The position numbers and the translations under genes are program-made. A DNA stretch of 64,000 nt. Source: Pseudogymnoascus verrucosus. Taxonomy: Eukaryota. Location of the stretch: NCBI GenBank assembly GCA_001662655.1, contig KV460222.1; one strand, written 5' to 3'. Shown here one piece after another: positions 25,006 to 38,737 of the stretch (position 1 is its first letter; the number at the start of each line of letters is the position of its first letter). The notes below the pieces were generated by a model, which had not been told where the DNA came from, ran no database searches, and was given only the letters and a program-made list of their open reading frames with translations.

Positions 25006-25419
25006 GGCTTGGATGCCGAGGGGGGCCGAGTGGTTGGTGGGACGTGGTGGGGGGTTCACGAATTGTCGGTCTAGGTTATGAGGAAATTTCAGTATAGCAT
25101 TGGCCGCGCATTTCGATTTCTTTCACGTATGAACCATGTGGGCGAGTTCCACGGTAGCTTGGGAACAAAGTAAGCTGGATAGATGCTATAATCTACGGAG
25201 CTGTTATGTTGTCGTTATCCCAGCGGTCCTTTTGGTCCGTGCGCTACTATTATAGCCTCGCCGAACCACAGACTCCAGCCTCGCCTGCCAATATCAACTT
25301 GGCATTACAGCACAAAATCAATCTCGGAATTTCAAATACACCATGGTAAAAAACGAATGTACGATTGTTCATAAATAGTAGGATCTGAAACAAATGCTTG
25401 CACGATTAAATAAACACAG

Positions 25420-26118
25420 TTACATTCTCACATTTCTCTCAATAAGCGCCAGCGCCGTCAAAAGCACGGTTTGTATCCACGCCTCATCACCTGTGTCTTC
25501 CCAGATCCTAATCGTCCCCTTGTTCTTCCAGCTCAGGCCAATATGGTTTGTATATGTTGCCAACAACTTGCCTGTGGCCTCATCGATAAGCTTCAGGTGT
25601 AGCATAGACATCTTGGAGAATATTGACGCCTCCGACGACCCATCGGGGCTGTGAGTACGTTTCCAGAGAACGGCCCTTGAACTGTCCCCGAGTCCAATCT
25701 TCAGGCGATAAGTGTTGGAAGAGATCGAAAGATTCTCAAGTCTTTCCCAAGAGGTGGTGCTCAAATTTTCAGGGTCGTCCCCGAAGCCAATGTCAATGTT
25801 GTTCGACAAGGGCACGAAAATTGCCACTCCAAGGAGACGCCCTTCCTTTGTCTCGCCCAGACGAAGCTTCACAGCGGGCTTCCCGATGGCGTTGGAGTTT
25901 CCAACATAGTGCGTGATTTTTGACTTAGATGTGGGTGTTGACATATGAAGGAGATAGTCGCGGTGATTCGAAGCATGCGTGATCCTATACTCTCGAAACG
26001 GCTCGCCACGCTCTGGTACAGCAGTAGATTCCACAGGCGCCGGAGACGTGCTTGATGTCGCTATAGGAGCTCTAGAAGAGCCTTCCATTTTTAATGTCGA
26101 TGAGGCCTCTGCTGCCAT
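25420..26118 (-). CDS. conserved fungal hypothetical protein (beta-rich, possibly tubby-C/DUF6593-like)
   Basis: 232-aa ORF; WKRTH, LKLIDEATGKLLA, C-terminal helix VLLTALALIER. Confidence 0.7.
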   Translation of the reverse strand: MAAEASSTLKMEGSSRAPIATSSTSPAPVESTAVPERGEPFREYRITHASNHRDYLLHMSTPTSKSKITHYVGNSNAIGKPAVKLRLGETKEGRLLGVAIFVPLSNNIDIGFGDDPENLSTTSWERLENLSISSNTYRLKIGLGDSSRAVLWKRTHSPDGSSEASIFSKMSMLHLKLIDEATGKLLATYTNHIGLSWKNKGTIRIWEDTGDEAWIQTVLLTALALIERNVRM

Positions 26119-26874
26119 ATTACAGTTGGCGGGCGATAGCTCTTGTTCGTTCCACCTTTGTATGAAGATAATTACAAGACTTACTGGCGATTTATCTGCA
26201 TTCTTGCGATGTTATATAATTTTTGATTGACTTATCTTTGCTCTCAGCCTTGCCAACAGGTAGAGTATGAATCAAAGACACTTGCCGCTTAAGGATGATT
26301 TTGCGAAAAAGCCACAGTAATCTTGGGGCGCAGCAACGTGGGTGTCAACCCACCAGCCGATACATGCCACCTTAAAACTTACGTTCTACCACACAACTCG
26401 GCGCAGTAGTGACAGATCTGGTACGTGTGTCTCCCAGAAGCCTAAATTAATACTGTCCATAATACCAGTGATTACCGGGATGGCGTAGTGACGGCGATTA
26501 ATGCTCGAGTGTCGGAAGCTTGGCAGCATTGAAGTATTGGGGGGCGGCTGCCTTGCATTTTCACCTTCGCGGGTTACGAGTCTCACAAAGCAATTATGTA
26601 ATTTAAGAGCTGGACTTCATTTCATGAATGTGTGACTGTATTGAATGCCTGTATTGAATGACTGCATTAACTGACTGTATGCCTGTACGGAATAGCTGGG
26701 TCTGAGTGACTGAGTGACTGAATATAAATTTCGATGAATACCACAACGTGTAATATCGAGAGAAGTCAAGTTCTTATGAATCGTAATGGGTACATAGGCC
26801 ATCATAGGCAAATCAAAGTAAACCAGCCGCTGCAAATGTAAACACTTCTGCGTTCATAATGAAGCCGAAGCCAT

Positions 26875-28662
26875 TCAGCGAGTCACCCTCGTCATGGAGA
26901 TCACCCCCGAGCCATTCCACCAACATAGACGTATACCATCGGGCTGTGGGGAGCGCCCGGGAAACAACTGTGAAATATCAAAACGCACCGAATTCATGTC
27001 CAAAGCCAGATCAATAGGCGGACATTGCCGGGCCACCAGGTTCTCGTGAGCCATCGCCTCAAAGCCCATCTGTCTGTTTATGCGCCAACACCCAACATTG
27101 TTGTTCTCAATGATCCGTAGGCTCCTCAATCCGGTGAGAATCGGGAGGACGAACCTTTCTTGACCACGGATCTTGTGTCTTCTCCTCCGGTGCTGGTACA
27201 TGTCGTGCTCAATCATTCTCCAAGTCTGCAGGTCAAGTCCCAGGTGGCGTATCTTCGGGAGCTGGGCTGGAGGGAGTGAGTGCAAAAAGTCCAGCACCAC
27301 TTTCGACTGCTTCTTGACGCGCAGCGGAATCTGCCCTTCCATGTTAACCTGGCCTCTCTTCTCGAACGTGAGAAATAGCACGTCGACGTCAAAGTTGAAC
27401 AAAAGGCCCCTCCTGGCCGTCGCGTCGCCAAATGGTGATCTCTCGTACACGCGCCTCATAACAGCATTGCTTTGTTTGCATACGAAGCTCTGCGCTGGCC
27501 ACTTCGTTGGGGACCACATGCGCGTGAACTTTGGGTCGTATTGGATTTCGACGACGCGCGATTCGAAAGAAAACTCCCATATCAGGTCTTGCACAAGGGT
27601 CGGGAGCTCGGCAAAGCGCGCGAACTGGTGCGGTGCGACTGAGTGGAATGCGTGGGCGTAGTAATCTCCAAGGTGGATCTCTTCAGGTGAGAGCGTATTG
27701 AGTTGTATCATCCTGCATCTTCTGTCGGGCTGGGTGTGGAGCCCAGTCCTTCCTGACCAAAGGGGGCTGGCAGAGACGTTCATGACTCGAAGCTTCGTAG
27801 TTCCATCTTCAGAAGGGGCTTTAAGCTTGATCACGGAGCCTTTGATCGTTTTGTCCAGAGTTGTGGCCGGGAAGGCCGTCGTAAAGTTGAAAGAGGCGTT
27901 GCCGAACCTATCGACCGATTCCTTGTCCGGACTTGGGAAGTTAAGCTCGTTTGATTTTCCGAATGTCATAAACTCCACGTCGCTCAAGCGTTGCATTATC
28001 TCTTGGGGGTGTGCCTTAAAGGCTGCCTCAAGGATCGCGTTAGCTCTAAAAATTGACGCTGTTTTCTCCTCTTCGGATGGATGCTGGTATCTTTCCAATC
28101 CCGGAATAACTCTATCGAACACGTCCCTCTTTGTTGCCGAGTACGGAGTGAAGTATACTGTGGGATTGAACACGGCGGATCGTCCCAGTGCCGACGTGGT
28201 GAGATTTTTCCCTTGCCTAGTCTGCACTCTGCCGCCTGTTATCATATCCTCGACGTCCGAATCCATTTTCTCCACGAGCTCTTCATCCTCCCCCGAATCC
28301 ATATCATCCGCGAGATACCAAGATTTTTTTACCTTCTCATCATCCGGGCTGGGCTCTGTTAGTCCGGCAGCTTCGTACAACGTCTTTGCCGCGGCGGCCT
28401 CCATGCGTTGTCTGAACCTGGCAGCATCTCTGTGCCCACGCTGGAGTTTCAGAGATTCGACTGCTGGGTCGATGCCGTGATGCTTCAAGTAGGCTTCAAG
28501 GCACCCGTCAATGGTTGTTCCGTCATGAAATGTCAGCTTGCGGATCCGCTTTACAGCCTCTCGGTTTGCGAGATCAACATCCTCGATGCATCTTTTTGGT
28601 GGCACTGTGATGGGGCATTAGCCATATTGAAAAGTGGTATCAATCCAAACTCAGAACTCACT
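26875..28662 (-). CDS. 2EXR-domain protein
   Basis: FARFAELPTLVQDLIWEFS..RVVEI..SFVCKQS..FNFDVDVLFL; start codon apparently split A(28662)^TG(28604) by a GTGAGT..GCTAAT..CAG intron. Confidence 0.8.
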
Positions 28663-29183
28663 CTTGAGGTAGATGCAGGCTTTGAGGCTGCTCGTGGACA
28701 AAGGAACTAGTAGTAAGAACAAACTAGAATAGTTGGAGTAGTATAAGATGTGGATATAAAGATTGATTTTGGCAGGTCCATGCCAATGAATTAAAGGGGA
28801 TAAGAGAAGGGTGCGTGAGACGGCTGGGTTCGGATAATTAACCGACGAAGACCAGTGATTGATTCATGTGAGGATCTTAAAGAACAGAGATTGAGATATC
28901 TCTCGCCTGGGTTCGCGCCTGTGGGTCGCGGAGGCTAGGTGGGTGAATTTGTATCGAGTTGGAAAGAACCGGGGCGGGCGCTTCAAGCGTAGCTCAGGGG
29001 GTCTATTAGAGGCGCACGCCAGGAGAGTAACGGTACCATCTACTTGCTTCTTGAGAAAATCTGAATTATAATAGCAAAAATGTTTCGCCTATAACTCCTG
29101 AATTCACCTCGAAGTCAGCCAAACCTATATGCCAAGCTAATGGCTGTCCCAACTCCTCTCATTTTGCAAATATCCTCCAAACA

Positions 29184-30424
29184 TTAACGGGCATATGAGC
29201 TGATATAATACTTTGCGATGTTAGAAACAGTATCCTCATTTATGCCAGGTTAAACTCACCGTGAGGACGGATTCTTTTGCACCGGGGTCTTCATAGTTCG
29301 TCAGGTATACGTAAAGGATCAACGCATGGTTGTCCACAAAACCTGCAATATATCAAAGTCAGTATACATTCCAATTCATCATCATACAACAACATACAAG
29401 CAATAACCTTCCCACCCAGCCTTCCCACACTAAGAACCCGACTCCAATCCTTCCCATCAATTCTCACCGTCGCCCACGCATCCGGCCCCGCAGCCCTCAT
29501 CTTCTCCGTCGGCAAATCATCCACATCCCCGTCGATCTGATTCGGCTCCAAATCCGGATTCGTCAAATCATTCCACACGCTCTCAATATTCAGCGCATCC
29601 GTCGTAATACTCAGCTTCAAACTCCCATGCATATTCGCGCTCAGCTCCAACTTCGGCGTATTAGCAGTACTATTCACAGCCGCCGCTGTATTGGTCGTCG
29701 TCGCGAATGCGAGCTTTGTGAACCGGTCCGAGATGGCTTTGAGTTGCAGCAGCGGCGGGAGGAGGATATGCACATCCGAGTCGCGCACTTTGGGCTCGTG
29801 GATCCCTTCTACGCCTTCGGGGGAGAGGACACGGATGGGGATTTCCTGGGTGACGATTGTTTCACGCTCGGCGGCACTGCGGGCGTCGAGACTCTCTTCG
29901 TGGAAGTCGTCGTCGGCGAAGGGGTCGTCATCGCGGCGGTTGCGGAGGAAGCCATTGCTGTTCCCGGCGCTGACGGTGTTGGTTATGATTGTCAGGGAGA
30001 GGATCGCATCACCATCTCTCTTTGTGAGGCGCAGAGATGCAGATGTGGCGTTTTCTGCGGATCTGAGGGCTGTTTGGAGGGGTGCCAGGGGAAGCTCGAT
30101 ATTGATGGTGTTGTTCTCGATGCGCGACTGGACCGAGTACTCGTAGAATAGAGAGTCAATTGAGATACAGCTGCATCCATATTAGTTGTCTCTCTCTGCT
30201 ATGTAGATTTGAGGAATCATACGCCCAGACCTGTGATCCCTGCTCGGGGATTATAGTGAACCGCACATTTTCATCGTCCAGCCTGACCCAGGCAATCTTC
30301 CCCAGGGTCGCCAGAGACGCCGTTAACTCTAGAAATCGCGTCAGAAGAGGTACGTAGCTAAATTCAGGACAGCATAATTACTAGAGAATGTCTTTATATT
30401 CCTTAGCGAGGTTTTAAACCTCAT
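29184..30424 (-). CDS. HUS1: 9-1-1 checkpoint clamp subunit Hus1/Mec3
   Basis: Spliced: MRFKTSLRNIKTFS, KIAWVRLDDENVRFTIIPEQGSQVWA, NNTINIELPL, ITQEIPIRVL-like, DVHILLPPLLQLKAISDRFTKL, ..YYISSYAR*. Confidence 0.93.
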
Positions 30425-30969
30425 TGTCACGGCTAAGGGGGACGATGAGTCTAGAGGTGACGTTGGCCACAGCCGCGATAGGCGCGATATTGTTAAAGAG
30501 CCGAAACAGGCAGCGACACCATCACAAAAAGTTCCAGAGCAAACATATCATCAAAGAAATTAAACTACAATAATTCTCACAGCCTGTATAAATCAGCAGG
30601 GTCCATAGTTTAGAACTTTATAAATCATCCCCTGCACATTATAGTTCCGTACCTGACTTTCCAAGTACATGACTTTGCGACCACATGACTTTGCTGGCAC
30701 ATGGACGATAGCAGGCTACTGTCTCACTCCTCCTCCAGCACATTTCACTCACATCCAAAATCACCACAAAGTAAAAAATATTAATATAATCATTCCAATG
30801 TAAATTTCATTAACTAATTCAGACACCTCTAATGTCCTCGCAAACACCTTAAAAGCATAACTAAGAACCCCCAATGCCCATCCTCGCATATGCAGAACAG
30901 TAAATCATGTAAATTAGATCTCTCTCATCTCCCTTCAAAGCCAAAATGGCTTGTGTGCCATATCATTGC

Positions 30970-31864
30970 TTACAGAGCGTAAACTGGGTTGGGGCCGATG
31001 TTGGGGAAGTCGGTGACGAGGTTAACATCGTTGAATCCGAAGAAGGCATCAACCTGTTTTGGGACATTGACAACAGTCATAACAGCATATCCATACTGGT
31101 CGTTGTAACCCCACGAGATGACCCAGTCGACCTGCTTCTGGCAGACGGCGGTGTAGAAGCTCTGGGTTGGGGCACCCTCCTGGGTCAGGTAGCAGTTGGT
31201 CTTCTCAGAACCGTCGTTCTGGTTGATCTGGAAGGAGTAGTTGCAGGTAGCGATGTTGCTGGTTTGGCAGGCTGGTGCGCGTCAGTCTTTTGTCCAGCAG
31301 CTTCATAGTAGGATTGAAGGGATGGGGTTAGAACTTACTCCTGTGAAGTCCCTCAACAGTCCAGGCTCCAAGGTTAGCTGCGGCATCGCGGCCGATAACA
31401 GCTGCACCGGCAGCCTTCTTCTTCTCCCAGGTCCCGACAACCAGAGAAGGCGAAGTGTGATCTGGGGTCACAACCTTGCCATCAGCGAGCTCAGCAGCTG
31501 TGTATCCAAAGAAGGCGTTCAGCGAGGTCTCGCGGTTAACTGGGACAATCACGAAGAAGTTTCCAGGCTGGTCGTACCCGACGTTGACATACACGGGTGA
31601 GTTAGCCGCGCAGTGCAAGTTGGAGGGGGAACTCCAGCGGGCCTTGCGGGTGCTGTCGGCGATATCGGCGAAGTCGCAGGCGTCGACGCGGCCGGAGTTG
31701 TTGTCCTTGATCTTGAACTTGTAGTTACAGGTGTTGGCGCTATCGTTGCAGGTGCGCACGAAGCCCTGGAGAGTCCAAGTGCCTTCGGCGCGGGCTGAGT
31801 TAACGGCCGGGGCGGCAGCGGCAAAGGTAGCGCCAGCGAGGGCGAGGATGAAGGAGTAGTGCAT
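30970..31864 (-). CDS. small secreted cysteine-containing protein with two tandem homologous domains
   Basis: Signal peptide MHYSFILALAGATFAAAAP; intron 31338-31272; domain 1 WTLQGFVRTC..CNYKF..AFFGY; domain 2 WTVEGLHRTC..CNYSF..AFFGF. Confidence 0.85.
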
Positions 31865-33465
31865 TTTGAAGGTGGTGGTTTGGGTGGTTGTTTGACGGCG
31901 AGTGTGTGTGTGAGAGAGACTGATGCTTGAGATGAGACTTTGAATGCTTGATGCAGGGAAAAAACACCTCAACACCGGACAAGCAGCTCGTCTTTATAGG
32001 AAACCCTCCCATCACCAGGCCACCGACCGAAACATTCTCCTTCGGGCCAAACCTCGAATCCCCTCGTCCCCAAACGAGCTCCCCTCCCCCCCCAAGCCTC
32101 GTAACCGGACAGCAGCATCTATTCTATCCCCGTCCCACCACGCAGGGCAATGATCATCCCCTCAATACGAGGCTCCGTCCCCCCGGCCCCCCTCCCCACA
32201 CACGCTCATTCGCTGCCCTACGCCCCCAGCTACGCCGCCCCGAGCTCCCGCCAGCCACATCAGCAAGCGGGCGCAGTGGATCAGCGCTGCCATGGCTGCT
32301 AGCATCGTCGTAACCAAGCACTGACACTGCCAGTCAATGCAATCAAGAATTCTTCACTGCCGGTTGGATAGCTCATGACGTCCCAAGCGAACGTTGCATC
32401 GTCTCCGCTCCCCGCTCGTTGGCACTCGTATCCGCCGATCAGCTGCCTAGCTGCCTACCCTTCCCAGCTCGCGTATGCATCTGCTTGTCTTACGTACGCC
32501 GAGTCCAGCTCCCTTCGCATTCTCCCATCCCCCTGCCCTTTTCTTTCCCTCTCCATTCTCCGTCGGCGACAGCTGGGTTCGTACACCCCGCGTCCGTATC
32601 TGTCGTGCCCCATCCCCCACAACCACCACCGGCTACCTTACGCCTTCCGCGCGGCACGGGAACGGCGTCAGACGGCCCCATCGTCGGCTTAGGTGAGAGA
32701 GAACCAGAAAAATAAGCTTCCGCCTTCCGTGACGTAGCGCGATCGGCGCGATCAGCGTTGAGTACGAGATGGTCGCTGTCAACGCCCATCTAAGGTGGTT
32801 TAGCGTCGGAGGCACCAGGGGAGATCTTAACCATATGAGGGTCTGGGATGGATTTAGAAATACTTGGCCACGAATGAGGGCGGTCGGTTGGTGTAATGTG
32901 GGGATGTGGGGATCGGTGGTTGCTATATTGGGCGTGTCACGGGAATACGGGTAGATTTTTTGTCGGGGGTTGGGTTGGTGATGATTTTTCGAGAACCGAA
33001 TGAATGCATGAATGAACTCTGATTGTGCGTTTATTGGTTACCCTACGGAACGGAGAAGGGTATTGTTTTCAAACTGTGGATGAGATGCTGATATGAGCTG
33101 AGATGCGGCTGCTTTGTTGTTGGTCGGTGTTGTCTGTAGCTGTGAGACACGTACTATACTATACGTCAGCGCTATATCGTTATTTTTGGCAATCTCAAAT
33201 TTACTTTCTCTTATTTTTTACCGTATCCCATTTCCTATGGTCGACAATGTTGCATTCACCGCTGCTCAGCCAGGTATCACGTCGCATCGAACCGTTCACG
33301 GCGTTTACGAGGTGAGGCTGAAGATTATTTCTATTTCCATAATTTGATATTTGATATGCAATAACCTAACCATACGCAACAAACTTCCTACGTATCCCGT
33401 CTCCACACCTGCCAAGGACTCGCTGCATCTCTCTCCGCTCAGGAGGTGAGGCTGAGGAAATACCA

Positions 33466-33637
33466 CGGATTTGATATATCGGCCAATATTTGCCCATGCT
33501 GCCAAACGGCAAAAATAAATAACAAAATAACATACAACAGTACCTAAAGAGATCCCAGAATTTGGTGTATCGCCCTATATTTGCCTTTGCAGAAGAGCAA
33601 AAAATAAATAGCAAACAAAAAAAACATTACAACAGTG
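33466..33637. repeat. about 92-bp tandem duplication containing the 5S 3' terminus, T-run terminator and downstream flank
   Basis: ttgatatatcggccaatatttgcc..caaaaataaataacaaaataacatacaacagt versus ttggtgtatcgccctatatttgcc..caaaaaataaatagcaaac..acattacaacagt. Confidence 0.7.
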
Positions 33638-33687
33638 GGTATTCGCTGGTGGTCACCCACCCAACTACTAATCCACCGATCTCAAGC
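33624..33687 (-). pseudogene. 5S rRNA 3'-half fragment
   Basis: Identical to 38887-38949 apart from one inserted base; similarity stops abruptly after ctcaagc. Confidence 0.93.
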
Positions 33688-33707
33688 AATCCTCTAGATA
33701 ATAGTTA

Positions 33708-33918
33708 AATCGGTGCCATCCAGCCTAGCGGGTGAGCCTCGCCGCCCTTACCCTTATTTTGTGATCGCGACCATCTACCTTGACCACCTAAAAGTGGGTC
33801 CATTTTTGACAACGCGTCGCACCGCGACAGTGGACGCCCACGGGTAAGTAGGGTGAGTGGGTGAGCATGCTAAGTAAGGTGAGCAGGGTGAGCAGGGTGT
33901 GACGGCGTAATGGGCACC
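33708..33918. mobile_element. MITE-like element or transposon end with GGGTGAG subterminal repeats
   Basis: ggtgccat (33712) and atgggcacc (33910-33918) inverted ends; repeated gggtgag(ca) at 33730 and 33851-33898; no clear target-site duplication. Confidence 0.45.
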
Positions 33919-34187
33919 AACCTTCCAACTTCCAATCAATTGTCAACCACGATAATGGCGAGACGTAGGAGCCTCAGGTTGCTACTAAGAGACGGGGCAA
34001 AGGGCAGTGGGAGGGACTTGAAGTTGCTCACGGAGAATATGAAGCAGATCCGGCAATTGATTCAGGAGAGCACGACTCTGTAAGCTGGCGCAGAAGCAAA
34101 GGTGATAGAACAGCAAGGTCAGACAAAGCGCATTGGTATTCAATACAAATCGAGACGAATGGCAGATAAATTGCAACCAGGGCAGAT

Positions 34188-37100
34188 CTATAACTCCGAC
34201 ACATCCCTCATAAAAGTAATACTACCCCACCGTAGACTCACCTTGCCCTCCTTCAAATCCTCCAACTCCTCCGCCATTTCTTTCTCCACAACACCAAACA
34301 GTCTTTTTGCCTCGACTGTAGTCGGATCATCGTCTCCCAATTCTTCACTCGCCATCCTCGCAAACATCCGAATGACATACCCCGCTTCCTCCAGCGCTCC
34401 CTGCCTGAGCAATTCTTTCCCCATCCGCAATCCTTCCTGACGTCGCATCACCGCAGGCGTACTTCCATACAGCAACTTGAACATTTCCTCTTTCTTTTCT
34501 TTGTACGCTTCTCCGACCGCTTCATCATAGCAACAAGGCTGTCGGTGGAAGATCTCGAGTAGCAGGGTAGCGTGTACAGTGCTCAAGCTCTTCGGCCCAA
34601 ACACCTTTTCCGTCGTCTCCAAAATCCGTACGAGGTACGCCTTGGCTTCGCCATGGGTAGCATGATCTTGCAGAAGAAGCATCACCTTCATTTTGCGCAT
34701 CCACACATACATGTCCTTGTAATGCACCCGTGCAATGTCAGCTTCAGAGAGATCGACGGAAGGATACATCAGTTTGTCTACCAGGGCCGTTGCTTCTTCA
34801 GTTTCCCCTTGCTTCATGAGTAGCCGAAAGAGCTCGAATGATGCACACTCATACTTCAGATCGCCTGGGGTGTGCTGAGCTATAGTTTGGCGGAAGAAAA
34901 CCATTGTGCTTTGGATATTGCCGGCCAGTCGGTCGCGTGCAGCTAGAACCTGCTGGGATTCAAGGGCTTCTGGCATTGGAGTCCCTCGGAAATGACAGAC
35001 GATATAGGTCAGTAGCCACATTAGAAATGCCGACACCCGAGACTTCCAAGTACTTTCGAGTGGCAGATGGCTGATGCGATAATACAATGAGCTCAACTCT
35101 GGCTTTCCACGCCCAACGTATGCCGCAGCCACCGCTCTTGTGAGCTCAGAAAGTAGTGGAGTGAGATTAGGGCTCGGGTTTCTGTAGATCTCCTTTAAAC
35201 AAGACTGGTCGAAAGTCGTGGCAGGCCGCGTTCCATCTTCGATTTGCTTGAGTGCTGCCATTGCCGATGGCGTCATTTGTTTCTTGAGATACTGTCTTAT
35301 ACACAAGTCATGCACCTCGTCTTCAAAATTGGAGTACGCTCCACAGATCCCCCGCACAGTCGCAGCAACTCCCAGCGTTATGGCCGTATATTCCGTATCC
35401 TCGGTATTTTCCAAACTGTCCATGACCATTATTGAGTACATATGTAGCTCCTGCATTAATCCAGCATCTCTCCACATAACAATATGCGAATGCATTAGAA
35501 AGGTGAGGCAGAACCATATCTCTGTCGACGGGAGGCCATTTTCTGGCTGCTTTAACCTATCTTTCACTGTTTCTAAGACGTGCTTGACGTGAGAGAAATG
35601 AGATCTCTCAAATGCATTCGCTTTTGTAAGCGTAAAGAGAGTATATGAAGAGAAATGAATCCATCTCCATTGATCGACCTGAGAAAGCCTCGCTTGCACA
35701 CATTGATGGACGAGCCCATGCATCGAGATAAATGCGCCTTGTTCCGTCCTGCGAATCTGAATGAGAGAATAGGAAAGTAAAACCTTTTTCGCGTCATCAA
35801 AATCATCTGAATAGTCTTGATTCCAGTATTTGTGCATCTCTGTCACATGCTTTGAGACTAAGAGGCTTTCAGGTACAGCTGTCCCATCCAAAGCGCTTAT
35901 CCAAGCAAGTAGATATTGTGCTTTAATGTTACGCTTGATAATGGCTGTTCGGGTCACCATATAAGTTGCCATCATGGATGATTTATGGCGACTAAAACGT
36001 GGAGATTCTTCGAGGACTTCCTTTTTTCTCTTCTCGAATTCCATCAAATAGTCCTCGGGCCTGGATGCCATGTCGTTGTTATGCACATAAGCACCTGCAT
36101 GCTCAACAGCCAGAGCAAGGCGCCCAAGCTTGTTTACGATCTCGGTACAGACGGTCATTTGCTCCTTGGTCGGGTTTGCGATGCAGGCTTTCTGAAGGAA
36201 CAGCGCTTCAGCATCTTCCTTTTTCATTTCTCCGAGCTCAATTGTAGCAGGACAAAAATTAGCTGCACCGCGATCCTGACTAGTGAGTATGATATGGCCC
36301 TTATTTCCATGAGGTATATACTCTTCAATGCTGACTCCATCGAGGTCGTCTGCATTGTCAATAATAAGAAGCCAATCCCCATTCTCTTGTTTTCGAAGCC
36401 AAGATTTGACAGCCTCGATTGCTGCAACCTGAGCAGCAACGTCTGTTTCAGCCAGTTCCTTTCCAACAGCTTCGGATAGACCAAGGTGGCTCGCAATATC
36501 AGCGTAACCTCTCCGAATTTCGGAAGTGTCTTTGGCATTGACAAAGAAGATCGCAGAGAAATCTTGACTGTACTGCAAAGCATAGTTGACCGCAACTTCG
36601 GTTTTGCCAGCGCCACCAATTCCCCAGATAACGGCTTGGCGTCGTTTTACTGAATTTTCCGCCGTCATGTACTGTCGCAGCTTTGCAAGCTCCTCTTGCC
36701 GGCCGGTGAAGTATGAGTTCGACATATCTTTGAGCATATTAATGGTGATTTTCTTGACCTTGCCTGTGATCGATGTTTTTGGTTAGTAGGTTCCACCAAG
36801 CAGTACCAGTGGCGTATTACCTGACACAACTGAGAAGGTATTAGCAAAATTAGATCAATCAATGGGCCAGACGAAAATAGGACGAATTCATTATGTTTCT
36901 CAAATACAGAAATTAGAGAACCGTACCCCTTTTCTGTTCATCATCTGTCTCCCACCGATGGTCTATTTTGATCGCCGCATCTTCCATCATTAGCAGAAGA
37001 TGCCCAGATATTTTCTCATAACCATTATCGTCCCGTGACAGAAATCTGACCATATTTCGATGGTCAGCCATGATTGCCACTGCTTCTCCATCAGCAACTC

Positions 37101-38145
37101 CCGGAACCATTGCAGAGCCTATCGGTACAATCTGCGGCTCTTGTTAGAAGACTATATTAGCCCAGAGATCTTGCCTCTTACTATCATTGACTTGCCAAAT
37201 GCAGTCGGCGTCGGCAGAGTCTCGTAAGCAAATTTCGTCGTAAACTGGTTACTTATGGTCGCAAACTGGCCCAACTGTTGATGCAGCAGCTGTGAATCCC
37301 TTTCCAGATTTTTGATAAATTTGGAATCAGCTTTGACGAATATGGACGCTATGTCGATGATTGCCCTTCCCAATGCGACTCCGTTGCCGCCTTGATGAGG
37401 AGTGCCCATGAAGACTATTCCATAAGTCGAGAGTGCGATTGCCTTGTGGTCTTCGAGTGCACCGTTCCTCGCAGCATCTGAATGGATCAAAGCCTAGACA
37501 AATAAGTATCTCCCTGCAAACTAATGTGAGGGAAATGGAACCTACGCTTTTCACAACGATACCTCCCAAGCTGTGAGCGATGAAAATGATAGGACGTCTC
37601 TGCGTCTACATCGGCGTTAACAATATCGATGCTGAGTTGGATAAGGTTAATACTTTTGTAAGCCGTCTTTTTAGACACAAATCGCTGATGAGGGTCCTTC
37701 CATGGTCATATATATGCTGCTGGTCAATGCCGTGGGTACCACCAAACACATCTGCGTTGTATCCCCAACTAAAGATCCTCGCATTTGGGAGATCAGTGGG
37801 AAGTAGATCTCGCAGCCAAAGAACATCATTTGCGGCAGTCCATGTCTTCTCTCGGTGGCCATTGAGTCCATGAAGAGCCACGATGCTCAATCCAATATTT
37901 AGCACGCGGTTTCAAGACACCAAGGTGAGGACGACTTACTCAACGATGGGGTCAGCTCCTTCAGCAAAGATCGCGAGTCCGAGCGATTTTGTTTCCGAGA
38001 GCGACTGCGAAATGACAGTCGACTTGGAATATTTGGATGATCGAGGGATGATCTGCCAAGGAAGCTTAGCAGCCGCTCATTCTGTAGCGCAATCTCAGCT
38101 TACTCGAGAGATACCGTCGAAGAGGTTTTTAGCAGGTCTCTCCAT
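34188..38145 (-). CDS. fungal NLR: SesB-like alpha/beta-hydrolase - NB-ARC - degenerate TPR-like region (NLR2)
   Basis: Hand-spliced in frame: MERPAKNLFDGISR|..ADPIVD|IVALHGLNG..|AHSLGG|FMGTPH|ADHRNM|9-nt exon 36829-36821|36763-34188. P-loop GIGGAGKT, WLLIIDNADD, MHGLV. Confidence 0.88.
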
Positions 38146-38737
38146 CGTGGATCTCAATAGTGCGTGAGATCGCGACGCGATGAAAGAGCCAAACGGAGAA
38201 TGACAGACCAATATTCCTGAAGACCTACCGCCCTGACCTACCTGGACGCAAGATAAGCGCCCGAGGTCGCTTATGTTGACCTGGCCGCAGTCGCCAGACC
38301 AGGTAGAAAGCGGATTGGATACCAGTCAGTGCCACTCTCTCAGGTGCCAAGACGTCGTCGTCTGCAGCCCTGTGCAATATTTCTTGACATGGGTAAACTC
38401 AACCTGGTATGTGACCGATACCCCATCGCTAAGACGTTTCGTACAGAGCTAACATCTGTGCAGTTGAAGTGTCGCAATATGCAAAGTCAAGCTCGAAGCC
38501 TCTAATTGAAGAATCTGGTCAGTCCTCGGAAATGATATTTACCATCAGACGATAATAACTCCAAAACACCCCCTGCGAGGGTTAATACACAACATGTCGG
38601 TAATAAGCCCTGCTATAGATGAAGTATATATTGCAGGGGCGCACTCATCAGATCACCCAGAAAAAGAGACGTGCTTCGGTGTTGATACGAAAATGACGCG
38701 AAAGTGACGCCAAACTGACACGAAAATGTTGCTTCGC

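Noticed and set aside
22655..25081. Long plus-strand ORFs over COG1 (also over 2EXR, HUS1, AtuA)
   Set aside because: Antisense frames of well-supported genes
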